Shown one piece after another: positions 20,877-30,660 of a DNA stretch of 64,000 nt; position 1 is the stretch's first letter; each line of letters begins with the position of its first letter. Position numbers and translations under genes: made by a program. Source of the stretch: Thermoleophilia bacterium (GTDB lineage Bacteria > Actinomycetota > Thermoleophilia > BMS3ABIN01); NCBI GenBank assembly GCA_014874175.1, contig JACWAD010000048.1, positions 61,222 through 125,221 on the forward strand, given 5' to 3'. The notes under the pieces were generated by a model, which saw nothing but the letters and a program-made list of their open reading frames with translations, made no database searches and had not been told where the DNA came from.

Positions 20877-20904
20877 CCAGCATCCAGCATCCAGAATCCG
20901 GCAT
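20877..20904. repeat. Degenerate heptamer tandem repeat CCAGCAT CCAGCAT CCAGAAT CCGGCAT just downstream of ahcY
   Basis: Four tandem 7-mers read directly; preceded by hairpin CCAAACCCGG/TTGGTTTTGG. Confidence 0.5.
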
Positions 20905-20912
20905 CTGTTTTA

Positions 20913-22178
20913 CTACGTTCCCTCCTGCCAAGACGCCAGGTACTTCTCCTGTTCCGCCGTCAGCTTGTCGATCACGATGCCCATTGTTTCCAGCTTCAGG
21001 GCGGCGATTTTCTCATCAATGTCGAGCGGCACCGGATATACCCTGTGTTCGAGCGAGCCTGAGTTTTCCACGATAAATTCGGCGGCCAGCGCCTGGTTGG
21101 CGAAGCTCATGTCCATTACCTGGCCGGGGTGACCTTCCGCCGCCGAGAGGTTCACCAGTCGGCCTTCGGCCAGCAGGTAGATGATGCGTCCATCCTTGGT
21201 GGTGTACTCCTCCATGAAATCGCGAACGGTTCGATGGCCAGTTGACATGGCCTCAAGCGCCGGGATGTCTATTTCCACGTTAAAATGACCGGTGTTGCAG
21301 ATAATGGCGCCGTCTTTCATGGCCTCCATGTGCTCGGCGCGGATAACGTGTTTGTCTCCGGTTGCCGTCACAAACAGATCGCCGAACGCGGCCGCCCGGG
21401 CTACAGGCATGACCTCATAGCCGTCCATGACGGCCTCCAGGGCGCGCAGCGGGTCGACCTCCACAACAGTGACGCGGGCGCCCATTCCCTTGGCGCGCAT
21501 GGCGACGCCGCGGCCGCACCAGCCGTAGCCGCAGACGACTACCTGCGAGCCGGCCAGGAGGAAATTGGTGGCTCTCAGGATGCCGTCGATCGTTGACTGG
21601 CCGGTGCCGTAGCGGTTGTCAAAAAGATGCTTTGTGTTAGCTTCATTCACGGCGACGACAGGGAATTTAAGAGCGCCGTCAGCCTCCATCGCCCGCAGGC
21701 GGATGACGCCGGTGGTGGTCTCCTCGGTGCCGCCCAGGATTTCCACTGCCTGGTCGGGATGCTCGGCATGGACGACACTGATCACGTCGGCGCCGTCGTC
21801 CATGGTCACATGGGGGTGATGCGCAACCGCTGCCTTGATGTGTTGATAATATGTATCGTTGTCTTCACCCTTGATGGCGTAGACGCTGATGCCGTACTCG
21901 GCCACAAGCGCCGCCGCTGTATCATCCTGCGTGCTTAAGGGGTTGGAGGCGCACAGCACCACGTCGGCGCCGCCCGCCTTCAGGCATCGGACAAGATTGG
22001 CTGTCTCGGTTGTGACGTGGAGGCAAGCGGAAAGGCGCTTGCCTTCAAGGGGCTTGTCTCTCTCGAATCGCTCGCGGATCGAAGCCACCACCGGCATTCT
22101 TTTTTCAATCAGCTCAATTTTGAGCCTGCCTCTGGCAGCAAGGCCAAGGTCTCTTACGTCATGATCAATTTCGGGCAC
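20913..22178 (-). CDS. ahcY: Adenosylhomocysteinase (S-adenosyl-L-homocysteine hydrolase), short type
   Basis: 421 aa; NAD-binding [20 protein letters not shown], catalytic HFNVEID; GTG start. Confidence 0.93.
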   Translation of the reverse strand: MPEIDHDVRDLGLAARGRLKIELIEKRMPVVASIRERFERDKPLEGKRLSACLHVTTETANLVRCLKAGGADVVLCASNPLSTQDDTAAALVAEYGISVYAIKGEDNDTYYQHIKAAVAHHPHVTMDDGADVISVVHAEHPDQAVEILGGTEETTTGVIRLRAMEADGALKFPVVAVNEANTKHLFDNRYGTGQSTIDGILRATNFLLAGSQVVVCGYGWCGRGVAMRAKGMGARVTVVEVDPLRALEAVMDGYEVMPVARAAAFGDLFVTATGDKHVIRAEHMEAMKDGAIICNTGHFNVEIDIPALEAMSTGHRTVRDFMEEYTTKDGRIIYLLAEGRLVNLSAAEGHPGQVMDMSFANQALAAEFIVENSGSLEHRVYPVPLDIDEKIAALKLETMGIVIDKLTAEQEKYLASWQEGT

Positions 22179-22360
22179 TTATTTGCTCCTTTTCCGTTCC
22201 AAACTGCCGGTCGGCCGCCCCGCGGCAGCCTGATTTATTTTTATTCGCCTCCGGGGGATGCGGCCGGCAGTTTCCGCCTGCGCGACTATTTGAAAAAAAG
22301 CTGCGGCCAAGTGCTTCTGTCAAAGGTCTGGCAGGCAGAGGGACATTTGCGCGTTGAAGT

Positions 22361-22392
22361 ATACTAAAAGCCGCCGCATTAGTGTAGGCGGC
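22361..22392 (-). terminator. Rho-independent terminator after pgi/pmi operon (GGCGGC stem)
   Basis: GCCGCC-gcattagtgta-GGCGGC on + strand; on - strand followed by CUUUUAGUAU. Confidence 0.55.
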
Positions 22393-22420
22393 CCGGGACA
22401 ATACATTTTTCTTTGGCTGG

Positions 22421-23479
22421 TCAGGCGAGTTGGTTTTTTAGCTCCTCGATTCTGGCAACCGGGGACGGATCGAGCCCGTTCAGAAAAGCAAGGTAGAGGG
22501 AGACATAGTCACCCATGGAAATGCCGGAAAACAGGCGGGCCAGGCGGCTGCGTCCGGAAGTGTGCCACTGTAGCGTCTCGGTGACGAAATCCTTAAGAAG
22601 GTCCGCTGTTATCTCCATGCGTTTTTTGTTCTGGTCGTGCAGGTACTCGTCCTTCAAGTAAATCATGCGGAATTTTTCGATAAGCGCCGCCGGATGCTGC
22701 CAGCCTACAATCTCGTTATGGTCCAGCTCTGGGAACTCGTTTGCGAACGCCATCATTTTTGAATTTTCATTGATCTGCGTTTTCCAGCGCCTGGCGGCGA
22801 CTGCGGTCACCTCAGACCCGTAAATCACGGGTACCTTGTCAACCAGGTTTGCCGCCATCTGCTTGGCAGGGTTGCTGGCCAGCGGCGTTCCAGGGTCATA
22901 CAGCTCTGCCAGTAGTGAGAGCACGCCTGCGGTTTCCTCGACGTCGGCCTCCACATCTCCAGCCAGGCCCAGGCTTTCCAGGCAGGCAGCAATCGGGATG
23001 GACAGGTAACCGCAGGCCGCCCGCGGCTGCAGACCGGCGGGGATTCTGATCAGGGGCAGCTCTTCGCCGGCGGCGATGTCCGAGATCATGCCGCCCGAGC
23101 TGATGCAGACAATGCGGCAGCCTCGCTCCAGCGCTTCTTTCAGGCAACTGATGGTTTCTTCCGTGTTTCCGGAGTAACTGACGGCAAAAACCAGGCTGCG
23201 GCTGGTTATCCATCTTGGCAGGTGGTAGCCGCGGACTGTGACCATGGGGCTGGGTATGGAAGCCTCGTGGGCACTGGCGACAATATCGCCGCCGATGGCT
23301 GAGCCGCCCATGCCCGCAACGGCAATGCCCCCGACTTCGCAGCTGCCGTCTTCGATAACATCGCGGCCGGCGCCGTAGGCTTCACGCACCTGCTGCGCCA
23401 GGCCGGCGACCATGTCCAACTGGTTCTGGCTGTCCAGCTTCCTCATCTCTTCAAAATTGTCAAGCAAACCAAAAGTCAC
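22421..23479 (-). CDS. Bifunctional phosphoglucose/phosphomannose isomerase (archaeal-type PGI/PMI, SIS domains)
   Basis: 352 aa; tandem SIS domain GGSAIGGD ... SYSGNTEETI; family-conserved C-terminal region. Confidence 0.8.
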   Translation of the reverse strand: MTFGLLDNFEEMRKLDSQNQLDMVAGLAQQVREAYGAGRDVIEDGSCEVGGIAVAGMGGSAIGGDIVASAHEASIPSPMVTVRGYHLPRWITSRSLVFAVSYSGNTEETISCLKEALERGCRIVCISSGGMISDIAAGEELPLIRIPAGLQPRAACGYLSIPIAACLESLGLAGDVEADVEETAGVLSLLAELYDPGTPLASNPAKQMAANLVDKVPVIYGSEVTAVAARRWKTQINENSKMMAFANEFPELDHNEIVGWQHPAALIEKFRMIYLKDEYLHDQNKKRMEITADLLKDFVTETLQWHTSGRSRLARLFSGISMGDYVSLYLAFLNGLDPSPVARIEELKNQLA

Positions 23480-23499
23480 TTCACCCCTGTCTGCCGTTG

Positions 23500-25095
23500 T
23501 TACATATAACCCAGGTCTTTAAGCATCCGCCTCACCTCTAGCTCGTCCGGGAAATCGTCTTCATTTGGCTGCGGTTCCTCGCCGGCCTTGCGCTTGAAGA
23601 TTTTTTCCGTCCTGACCGCTTGGGAATTCATTTCCTTCATTTTTTCAACCATGGCCAGGTCTCCACCCGCCAGATCAGTTCTGGGATGTTCTTCCCCTGG
23701 ATCGCTGGAAAGATCATACCGGAATGGAACCCTGTTCTTGTACTGCTCCATCTCAGCAAAATGGGCCACCAGTTGCTCGCGTGACATGCTGCCGTCCTCC
23801 AATAGACCCAGGTATGGCTCAATCTCGGCGGATCCGGCGGGCCAGCCGAGCAGCTCGGCGAATACCGCACTGATGAATTCCTTGTTTGACAGGCCGCTGG
23901 AAGAATCAAGCAGGGCCGCCGCATCTCCCCGGTGCCAGACTGCCACTTTTGACTCCTCCGTCCTGAATGCCATTTGCGACAAGGCGCAGACCGGAAGTTC
24001 ATCAACCTCGGTCACAAGGGTGTGATCGTTAATCAGGTTTTTTTCAAGCTGGTCAATGGAGACCCAAGTCTCCGCGTAGCAGGAATCCCTTGTTTCTGAC
24101 AGGCAGTTAATACCATCAAACTCTGACGGGTGGATGTCCAGGCCGAGCAATGCCAGCGCCATGGGGGCAATGTCGGCAACGCTTGTCAGCCGGTCAGACA
24201 CCCCCGGTTTTAGGTCCGGGCAAGAGATCATCAGAGGCACCCTGATGACGTTGTCAAACAGGGCGCCGGCGTGGCCAAAATAGGCTTTATTGCTCTGGGC
24301 GCATTTGCCTTCCCCATGATCTGAGAAGATCAGTCGGAGACAGTCTTCAAGGAAGCCAATCTGGTCCAGGCCGTCCATGAAAACGGCAAAGCGCCCGGCG
24401 TCGAACTTGGAGACTCCCTTGACGTAGACAGGCAGCAGCTCATCGATGCGCCTGTCGCTGAGTGGACCTGTCCTTACCAACCGGTTCCATATCTGTGTCG
24501 GGTTGCCACCGGCGTCAAAATTCCCGGGCGCGCCATAGCTTTCAAAGAGCTTCTTCATTTCCTCAAGGTAGTCATCATTGCTGTCCTGCCGGTAATTGTT
24601 GGTGTTATGCATAAACGGCTCATGGACGTCGAACACATGCGCGAACAGGAAGACCTTTTCTTCCTGGAGGTCTTCGAGAAGCCCCAAAAGTCCTGCATCA
24701 TCGCTTGTTTCACAGAAGTCGAAGCCGCGGTCAAGGCCGATATACTTCTGGAACAGCCAGCGCGTATCGGTGTAGAGGATGGTGCGGTAGCCATTCTTTT
24801 TGAGAATCTCCGCCATTGTGGTCGCTTTTGGGTTGAGCGAGGTGTTGAAAAAGGCTCTGACGCCGTGCCGGGGAGGGTAAAGCCCGGTCAGCATGCTTGC
24901 ATGGGCAGCGGTCGTGTAAGTGTTGGTGCTGATGCATTGTGTAAAACACAGACTCTTTTCAGCAATTGCGTCAAGGGTCGGAGTTTTTAGAAGCTCAAGA
25001 GCGTCATACTCTTCCAGCTCGCGCTTGTCAGGTTGAAATCCGACGCAGTCAAAGCGAAGATTGTCGATTGAGAACATAAGGATATTTTTTGTCAT
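23500..25095 (-). CDS. Alkaline-phosphatase superfamily protein (sulfatase-like hydrolase/transferase)
   Basis: MFSIDNLRFD N-terminus, TNTYTTAAHASMLTGLYPPRHG resembles sulfatase C/S-x-P-x-R region; 531 aa. Confidence 0.55.
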   Translation of the reverse strand: MTKNILMFSIDNLRFDCVGFQPDKRELEEYDALELLKTPTLDAIAEKSLCFTQCISTNTYTTAAHASMLTGLYPPRHGVRAFFNTSLNPKATTMAEILKKNGYRTILYTDTRWLFQKYIGLDRGFDFCETSDDAGLLGLLEDLQEEKVFLFAHVFDVHEPFMHNTNNYRQDSNDDYLEEMKKLFESYGAPGNFDAGGNPTQIWNRLVRTGPLSDRRIDELLPVYVKGVSKFDAGRFAVFMDGLDQIGFLEDCLRLIFSDHGEGKCAQSNKAYFGHAGALFDNVIRVPLMISCPDLKPGVSDRLTSVADIAPMALALLGLDIHPSEFDGINCLSETRDSCYAETWVSIDQLEKNLINDHTLVTEVDELPVCALSQMAFRTEESKVAVWHRGDAAALLDSSSGLSNKEFISAVFAELLGWPAGSAEIEPYLGLLEDGSMSREQLVAHFAEMEQYKNRVPFRYDLSSDPGEEHPRTDLAGGDLAMVEKMKEMNSQAVRTEKIFKRKAGEEPQPNEDDFPDELEVRRMLKDLGYM

Positions 25096-25138
25096 GGATG
25101 CAGCCTTATTTTCAAGCGTTTGCGGCGAGCGCTGTTTC

Positions 25139-26518
25139 TCAGGATTCCAGGCCAGCTTCTACCGACGGGAACCGCTTAAGCTTTGACATGATAAGATCCC
25201 TGATCTCGTCGCGCCGCTCGGGCGTCCTGGCTTCGCAGCGGACGACAACCACCGGCGAGGTATTAGAGGCGCGCACCAGCCCCCAGCCGTCGGGGAAGAC
25301 CACCCGGGCGCCGTCGATATCTATCACTTCAAAGTCGCGGGAGAACTCCCTTTTTACTTGATCGACAATCCGCCACTTCTCTTCCTCGCTTGACGCGATC
25401 CGCAGTTCCGGGGTGGCGTAGTAGACCGGGATGCCAGCCAGTAACTGCGAGAGCTTTTGCCCGCTGCGGCTCAAGTACTCGACCAGGCGGCAGGCCGAGT
25501 AAATGGCGTCGTCATAGCCGAGGTAACGGTCGGCGAAATAGATGTGGCCGCTCATCTCCCCGGCCAGCAGCGCTTTTTCTTCGCGGATCTTGGCCTCGAT
25601 CAAGGAATGTCCTGTTTTCCACATCAGCGGACGGCCGCCGTGGGCCTTGATGTCGTCGACGAGCGCCTGCGAGCACTTTACCTCGAAGACGATGGTGCCG
25701 CCGGGGTGTCGCTCGAGGATGTCACGTGAGAAAATTATCAGCAGCTGATCCCCCCAGATAATGGCGCCGTCGTCGGCGATGGCGACGATGCGGTCGGCGT
25801 CGCCGTCAAAAGCAACGCCCAGGTCCGCGCCCGAGTCAGCCACCGCTGCCTGAAGATCCTTGAGATTGGCCGGGACGGTTGGATCGGGAAAGTGGTTGGG
25901 AAAATTGCCATCGGAATCGCAGTAGAGTTCAATTACCTCGCAGCCGAGCCTCCTGAGCAGCTCGGGCGCAACCTTGCCGCCAACTCCGTTTCCGGCATCG
26001 ATCACCACTTTAAGCGGCCGTTGGACCTTGACGCTTTTCCTGACGTATTCAAGGTAATCCGGGGCCGGATCAATTTGCGAAACGCTGCCTTTTCCTGACG
26101 GGAACCCGCCTGCGTCTATTATTTTTTTTACTTTTTGGATCTCCTCGCCATAGATGGTTCCATGGCCGCGGCAGAGCTTAAACCCGTTGTACTCGGGGGG
26201 ATTGTGGCTGCCGGTGATCATGACCCCGGCCTTCCTGCCGTACTGGTGAAGGGCGAAGTAAAAAACGGGAGTGGGCACTTCGCCGGCGTCAATGACGTTG
26301 CAGCCGGTGGAGGTCATCCCCGCGGCGATCGCGTCGCGGTATGGCTTTGAGCTGGGCCGGTTGTCGCGGGCGACGATGGCTTCACTAATGCCAAAAGAGC
26401 GGATATAGGCGCCGTAAGCCTTTCCTAACAGCTCGACCGCCTCCTCGCTTAAGTCCTGACCCACGATGCCGCGTACGTCATACTCGCGAAAAATGCGGGG
26501 GTTGATCTTGACTGTCAA
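25139..26518 (-). CDS. manB: Phosphomannomutase/phosphoglucomutase (alpha-D-phosphohexomutase)
   Basis: GVMITGSHNPPEYNGFKL active-site Ser loop, GEMSGHIYFA sugar-binding loop; TTG start with GGAGG RBS. Confidence 0.9.
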   Translation of the reverse strand: MTVKINPRIFREYDVRGIVGQDLSEEAVELLGKAYGAYIRSFGISEAIVARDNRPSSKPYRDAIAAGMTSTGCNVIDAGEVPTPVFYFALHQYGRKAGVMITGSHNPPEYNGFKLCRGHGTIYGEEIQKVKKIIDAGGFPSGKGSVSQIDPAPDYLEYVRKSVKVQRPLKVVIDAGNGVGGKVAPELLRRLGCEVIELYCDSDGNFPNHFPDPTVPANLKDLQAAVADSGADLGVAFDGDADRIVAIADDGAIIWGDQLLIIFSRDILERHPGGTIVFEVKCSQALVDDIKAHGGRPLMWKTGHSLIEAKIREEKALLAGEMSGHIYFADRYLGYDDAIYSACRLVEYLSRSGQKLSQLLAGIPVYYATPELRIASSEEEKWRIVDQVKREFSRDFEVIDIDGARVVFPDGWGLVRASNTSPVVVVRCEARTPERRDEIRDLIMSKLKRFPSVEAGLES

Positions 26519-26670
26519 ACACTCCTCCTGCTGGCTGAAAAAGACCTGCGTACAAGGAATCTGTCACAAAAAAGCTGCGCCGTACTATAGCCGAGATTGC
26601 CATCAAAAGACAATCGGCATCCAGAGTCCGCTTGCAAAATTTACAGATTTCTTAAGAGCTTGCGGCACGT

Positions 26671-27426
26671 TCAGTTGCCGGAGATTTTCCTTCTGATCAA
26701 GGCTCCGCTGCGGGCTGCCGCGATGCGGGCGCCGTTTGCCTTCAAGTGATAGCGAAGTCTGCTTAGATAGTAGAGAAAGCCCCGTCGTGGCTCCGGGGCC
26801 GGCATCTTCGCCTGGTTATAAACCGTGCCGCGGTCGCGGGCGAAACAGGGAGAAGAGCAAAACCGCTTCAGCGGCTTCAGCCCCGGGGCTGCGCTTGCCC
26901 GCCGGATCTGGTTCATGCCCGCCTGCGCCTGCGGCAAAATCACTACGTCGATCAGCCGCCTTAGCTCACCGTCGCTTTTCCGGGTATGAGAATTTATGCG
27001 CCCGAATTGATTTAACGCCGCAAGCCAGATTTTACGGGAGTTCTCATCCGAGCAGAAGAAAAAATCAGCCATTAGGGCAGACTCCATTGCGGCTCCGGGA
27101 AGCTCCCGTTGCCGGAGGGAGGCAGAAGCAGCTCCCAGATCGACCGCAACCGGCGCGCCCGTGTTTATGATGAAAGGATGAGCTTTAATAACATCAGGAT
27201 CACAAACAACTGCATCCGAATCGCGAGCGATCATGCCAATGTTGCGGCGATTGTAGAAAACAACGGCAAAACCCGCATGAGACAGGCCGGTAAGCTCTGG
27301 CACTGCCAGGATTATATCTGCCACCCGGCTCAGCAACTCGGCCAGGCGCCAGCTACGGTTTGCGAGGTCGCTTTCCGGGACTGCCGTGCCGCTGATTACA
27401 AGCACTCTGTTCCTCCCTTTTTTCAT
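26671..27426 (-). CDS. Hypothetical protein; weak resemblance to C-terminal half of GT-B (GT4) glycosyltransferases, lacks N-terminal half
   Basis: 251 aa ORF, no competing gene; KAHPFIINTGAPVAVDLGAASASL resembles E-x7-E region; low confidence. Confidence 0.35.
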   Translation of the reverse strand: MKKGRNRVLVISGTAVPESDLANRSWRLAELLSRVADIILAVPELTGLSHAGFAVVFYNRRNIGMIARDSDAVVCDPDVIKAHPFIINTGAPVAVDLGAASASLRQRELPGAAMESALMADFFFCSDENSRKIWLAALNQFGRINSHTRKSDGELRRLIDVVILPQAQAGMNQIRRASAAPGLKPLKRFCSSPCFARDRGTVYNQAKMPAPEPRRGFLYYLSRLRYHLKANGARIAAARSGALIRRKISGN

Positions 27427-27531
27427 GATTCTTAGAGTTTACGCCTCTGTGCCCCTGAAATCGAACAAAGACCCAAACTGTCAGTAAATTTGTCTGACTT
27501 CCGCCGTTTTCTTTTCTGACAATTCTTATCC

Positions 27532-27578
27532 TTGACGTAGACTAAAACTTCGTGTGATAATTAATACCCGTCCGGGTA
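27532..27578 (+). promoter_or_regulatory. csoR promoter (TTGACG -35, GATAAT -10) with CsoR-type operator TACCC-gtcc-GGGTA immediately downstream
   Basis: -35 27532-27537, -10 27556-27561, palindrome TACCCGTCCGGGTA 27565-27578, ~90 nt upstream of csoR. Confidence 0.5.
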
Positions 27579-27672
27579 AGATGTGCTGCCCATAGGGCCG
27601 CATTCCTGCCAAAGTATCGGGCAGTTTACGCGGCCACTCGGTGAGATGTTGCCCGGTTGCGCTTAGTTGCTT

Positions 27673-27954
27673 ATGGTTGCCAAAACAGATACGGAAAAAG
27701 TGATTAACAGGCTTCGCCGGGTTGAAGGCCAGGTTCGCGGGCTGCAAAGGATGATCTCCGAGAGCAAGCCGTGTGAAGACGTACTCACCCAGCTGGCTGC
27801 CACCAGGGCTGCGCTTGACCGGGTCGGGGTTTTTCTGATCAGCAACCGGATGAAAGAATGCCTGCGAAACAGCACTGAAGAGATGGGCCTGGACGATATT
27901 GCAGTCGAAGAGGCCTTCGAGGTTTTTATGAAATATATTCAGCATGTAAAGTAA
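27673..27954 (+). CDS. csoR: CsoR/RcnR/FrmR-family metal-sensing transcriptional repressor
   Basis: INRLRRVEGQVRGLQRMISESKPCEDVLTQLAATRAALDRV - DUF156 core; second ligand position is N not H (LISNRMKEC). Confidence 0.8.
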   Translation: MVAKTDTEKVINRLRRVEGQVRGLQRMISESKPCEDVLTQLAATRAALDRVGVFLISNRMKECLRNSTEEMGLDDIAVEEAFEVFMKYIQHVK

Positions 27955-27996
27955 CGCAAACAAATTACCAGGCCTGGCCGTACAAGCGCCTTTTTT

Positions 27997-28019
27997 GCCG
28001 CCGCGAGCGGCCTTTTTTT
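27997..28019 (+). terminator. Rho-independent terminator after csoR
   Basis: GCCGC-cgcga-GCGGC followed by CTTTTTTTG; a second weaker hairpin+T6 at 27971-27996. Confidence 0.7.
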
Positions 28020-28292
28020 GTCCTGGTTTTCAAGCAAGCCCGTTTTCGTAATTCGCCGTCCGGCGCCGCGCAACCGGCGGCAGAACATATGCAAACCCAG
28101 GCAAGCCTCATTCCTGAACGAGTTGGATGACCAGTTTTCAGAAAGAGCAGCGGTCCGCCGGCTCATAATCCAAGCAAAGAAAAGGCGAAGCAGGCTGCAA
28201 GACCAAGGGCAACTGTGCTATGATTCGTGACTGTCAAACTTGCATTTGCCCGCTGGCCCCGGCAGGCCTCCTAAAGGCAGCAAACCCTCCAG

Positions 28293-30299
28293 ATGCCACG
28301 TCGGCGAAAATACAAAAGGCGCAGAAAAAGACAATCTTTACGGACAATTGGGATTGCCGTTTTTGCTGCCGGGCTGTTGTTTGCTTCGCTGATTGGAATT
28401 CAAACGGTTAAGGCTGTCGTCCACGACCTGCCCAAGCTGGACCAGGAGAATTACCTTGACCTGGGACAGACCTCCATGATTTACGCCGCCGACGGCAGCC
28501 TGCTTGCCGAGATTCACGGCAATGAAAACCGCACTGTCGTCCCCCTGTCTTCCATTCCTGCTTACCTGAAAGAGGCAACCATTGCTATTGAAGACGAGCG
28601 TTTTTACCAGCACGGCGGAGTCGATTATGAGGCTATCCTGCGCGCCCTGGCGACGGATATCAAAGAAGGACGTCTGGCGGAAGGCGGTAGTACTATAACT
28701 CAACAACTTGTCAAACAAGTTTACATTTCTGATGAACATTCATTTACGCGCAAGATTGTGGAGGCTGTGCTGGCCACTGAACTGGAACAAATCACCACCA
28801 AGGACGCGATCCTGGAGCGGTACCTGAACACGGTTTATTACGGCGCCAACGCCTATGGCGTTGAAGCCGCTGCCAGAACTTATTTCGGCAAGAGCGTGAC
28901 CCAGCTGGACCTGTCCGAGTGCGCAACCCTGGCAGGCCTGCCACAGGCCCCCTCGGCTTTTTCGCCCAAGTATGATCTTAAGGCTGCGACCGCCCGCCGC
29001 AACGCCGTCCTGCAGAAGATGGCCGATCTGGGCAACATAAGGCAAACAGAAGCTCATTACGCGGCCTCCATCCCCATTGACGTCACCAGGTCCGGCACCA
29101 CGCCCACTGCCGATTCTTACTTTGTCGAGTATGTCAAACAACAGTTAATTGACAAGTACGGTGACAAGAAAGTCATGGAGGGCGGGCTGCGTGTGTATAC
29201 AACCATCGACCCCCGCCTGCAGAGCGCCGGCCAGGAGGCGATTAACAACACGCTCGGTGAAGATGGCGACCCGGCTGCCGCCCTCGTCTCGATTGACCCC
29301 GGCAATGGTTATATCAAGGCAATGGTTTCCAGTCAGGATTTTAAGAAGTCCCAGTTTAATCTTGCCGTGCAGGGACTGCGGCAGCCAGGCTCATGTTTTA
29401 AGCCATTTGTTCTTGCAGCCGCAGTGAAAGAAGGCGTCGACCCCAAAAAGACTTATTACATGTCAAAGGAAATTGACATTCCGCTTCCCGGCGGCGGCCC
29501 TCCCTGGCATGTAGCCACCTGGGATCACAAGTACTATGGCGTCTCCAACCTGGAAGATGCGATGATACGATCGGATAACACTGTTTATGCTCAGTTGATA
29601 ATGGATATTGGGCCCGACAAGGTTCGCGACACTGCCGAAAAGCTGGGGATAAAAAGCTATATTCCGTCGAATCCATCTATCGCGCTGGGCGGCCTCGATC
29701 AGGGCGTTTCGCCGCTGGACATGGCTTCCGCCTACGCGACACTGGCCGCAGACGGCTCGTATAATAAACCGATAGCCATCACCAAGGTAGAGTTGCCGGG
29801 CGGCACAGTTGACTACCAGGCCAGCCCGCAGCCGAAGCGGGTGATCAGTGACGCGGTCGCCTATACCGTGACCCAGGTAATGGCCGAGGACATCAAGCGC
29901 GGCACCTCTTCCAGAGCCAAGATCAACAGGCCTGCCGCCGGGAAGACGGGATCGACGGAAAATCTCCAGGATGCCTGGTTTGTTGGCTATACGCCTGATT
30001 TTTCCACGTCAGTTTGGATCGGTTATCCTGACAAGCAAATCCCGATGACGGACGTGCATGGAACCAGCGTCTGGGGAAGCGGATTCCCGGTTGACATCTG
30101 GAAGAGTTTTATGATTGCCGCCGAGCAGGGCCTGCCCATTAAGGATTTCCTCAAGCCAAAGGATCAGGTCGCATTTAAAAAACTGTCCGGCCAGTACGTG
30201 CTTTTTTCTGGAGGCGAGAATCCCAGCGCCCGGCAGGATGCATACGGTCCCTCAGGGCGGACGACGCCTGAGGCAGCCGCCCCCGGCCAGAATCGATGA
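28293..30299 (+). CDS. Class A penicillin-binding protein (PBP1A, transglycosylase + transpeptidase)
   Basis: 668 aa; GT51 motif IAIEDERFYQHGGVD, transpeptidase SxxK/SxN/KTG-like motifs, N-terminal TM. Confidence 0.9.
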   Translation: MPRRRKYKRRRKRQSLRTIGIAVFAAGLLFASLIGIQTVKAVVHDLPKLDQENYLDLGQTSMIYAADGSLLAEIHGNENRTVVPLSSIPAYLKEATIAIEDERFYQHGGVDYEAILRALATDIKEGRLAEGGSTITQQLVKQVYISDEHSFTRKIVEAVLATELEQITTKDAILERYLNTVYYGANAYGVEAAARTYFGKSVTQLDLSECATLAGLPQAPSAFSPKYDLKAATARRNAVLQKMADLGNIRQTEAHYAASIPIDVTRSGTTPTADSYFVEYVKQQLIDKYGDKKVMEGGLRVYTTIDPRLQSAGQEAINNTLGEDGDPAAALVSIDPGNGYIKAMVSSQDFKKSQFNLAVQGLRQPGSCFKPFVLAAAVKEGVDPKKTYYMSKEIDIPLPGGGPPWHVATWDHKYYGVSNLEDAMIRSDNTVYAQLIMDIGPDKVRDTAEKLGIKSYIPSNPSIALGGLDQGVSPLDMASAYATLAADGSYNKPIAITKVELPGGTVDYQASPQPKRVISDAVAYTVTQVMAEDIKRGTSSRAKINRPAAGKTGSTENLQDAWFVGYTPDFSTSVWIGYPDKQIPMTDVHGTSVWGSGFPVDIWKSFMIAAEQGLPIKDFLKPKDQVAFKKLSGQYVLFSGGENPSARQDAYGPSGRTTPEAAAPGQNR

Positions 30300-30339
30300 A
30301 AGGCAAATGTGGGTAAGGCCCGACAGCCGTGCAGCCGGC

Positions 30340-30660
30340 TTAACGGTTCAGTGACAGGATGGAACGGTTCCCCGCCAGGGCAAGAAAAACTTCCTGAGTT
30401 AGCGGGGCCAGGATCAACCCGTGACTGCCCGTCTCGAGTGAAAGAATCCGGGGCGGGCCGCCAAGCTCTGCAGCCAGGGCCCCCGTGGCGGCCAGGGCCG
30501 AGGCGGAGTGAGCGGCCAGGGCTTCCATGTCGATGCCGCTGCCTGCTGAAACCACCAGCAGGCCGTCCCACGATACCAGTGCCGCCGCAGTGACAGATTC
30601 AATGTCGAGGTAGGGAGTAATAATTTCCGCCAATGAACGTTGTTTTTCCATGCCTGCCAT
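30340..30660 (-). CDS. Roadblock/LC7 (MglB-like) domain protein, translationally coupled to parB
   Basis: 106 aa; VTAAALVSWDGLLVVSAG ... ILSLETGSHGLILAPL pattern of Roadblock/LC7 fold; ATG overlaps parB TAA (TAATG). Confidence 0.7.
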   Translation of the reverse strand: MAGMEKQRSLAEIITPYLDIESVTAAALVSWDGLLVVSAGSGIDMEALAAHSASALAATGALAAELGGPPRILSLETGSHGLILAPLTQEVFLALAGNRSILSLNR

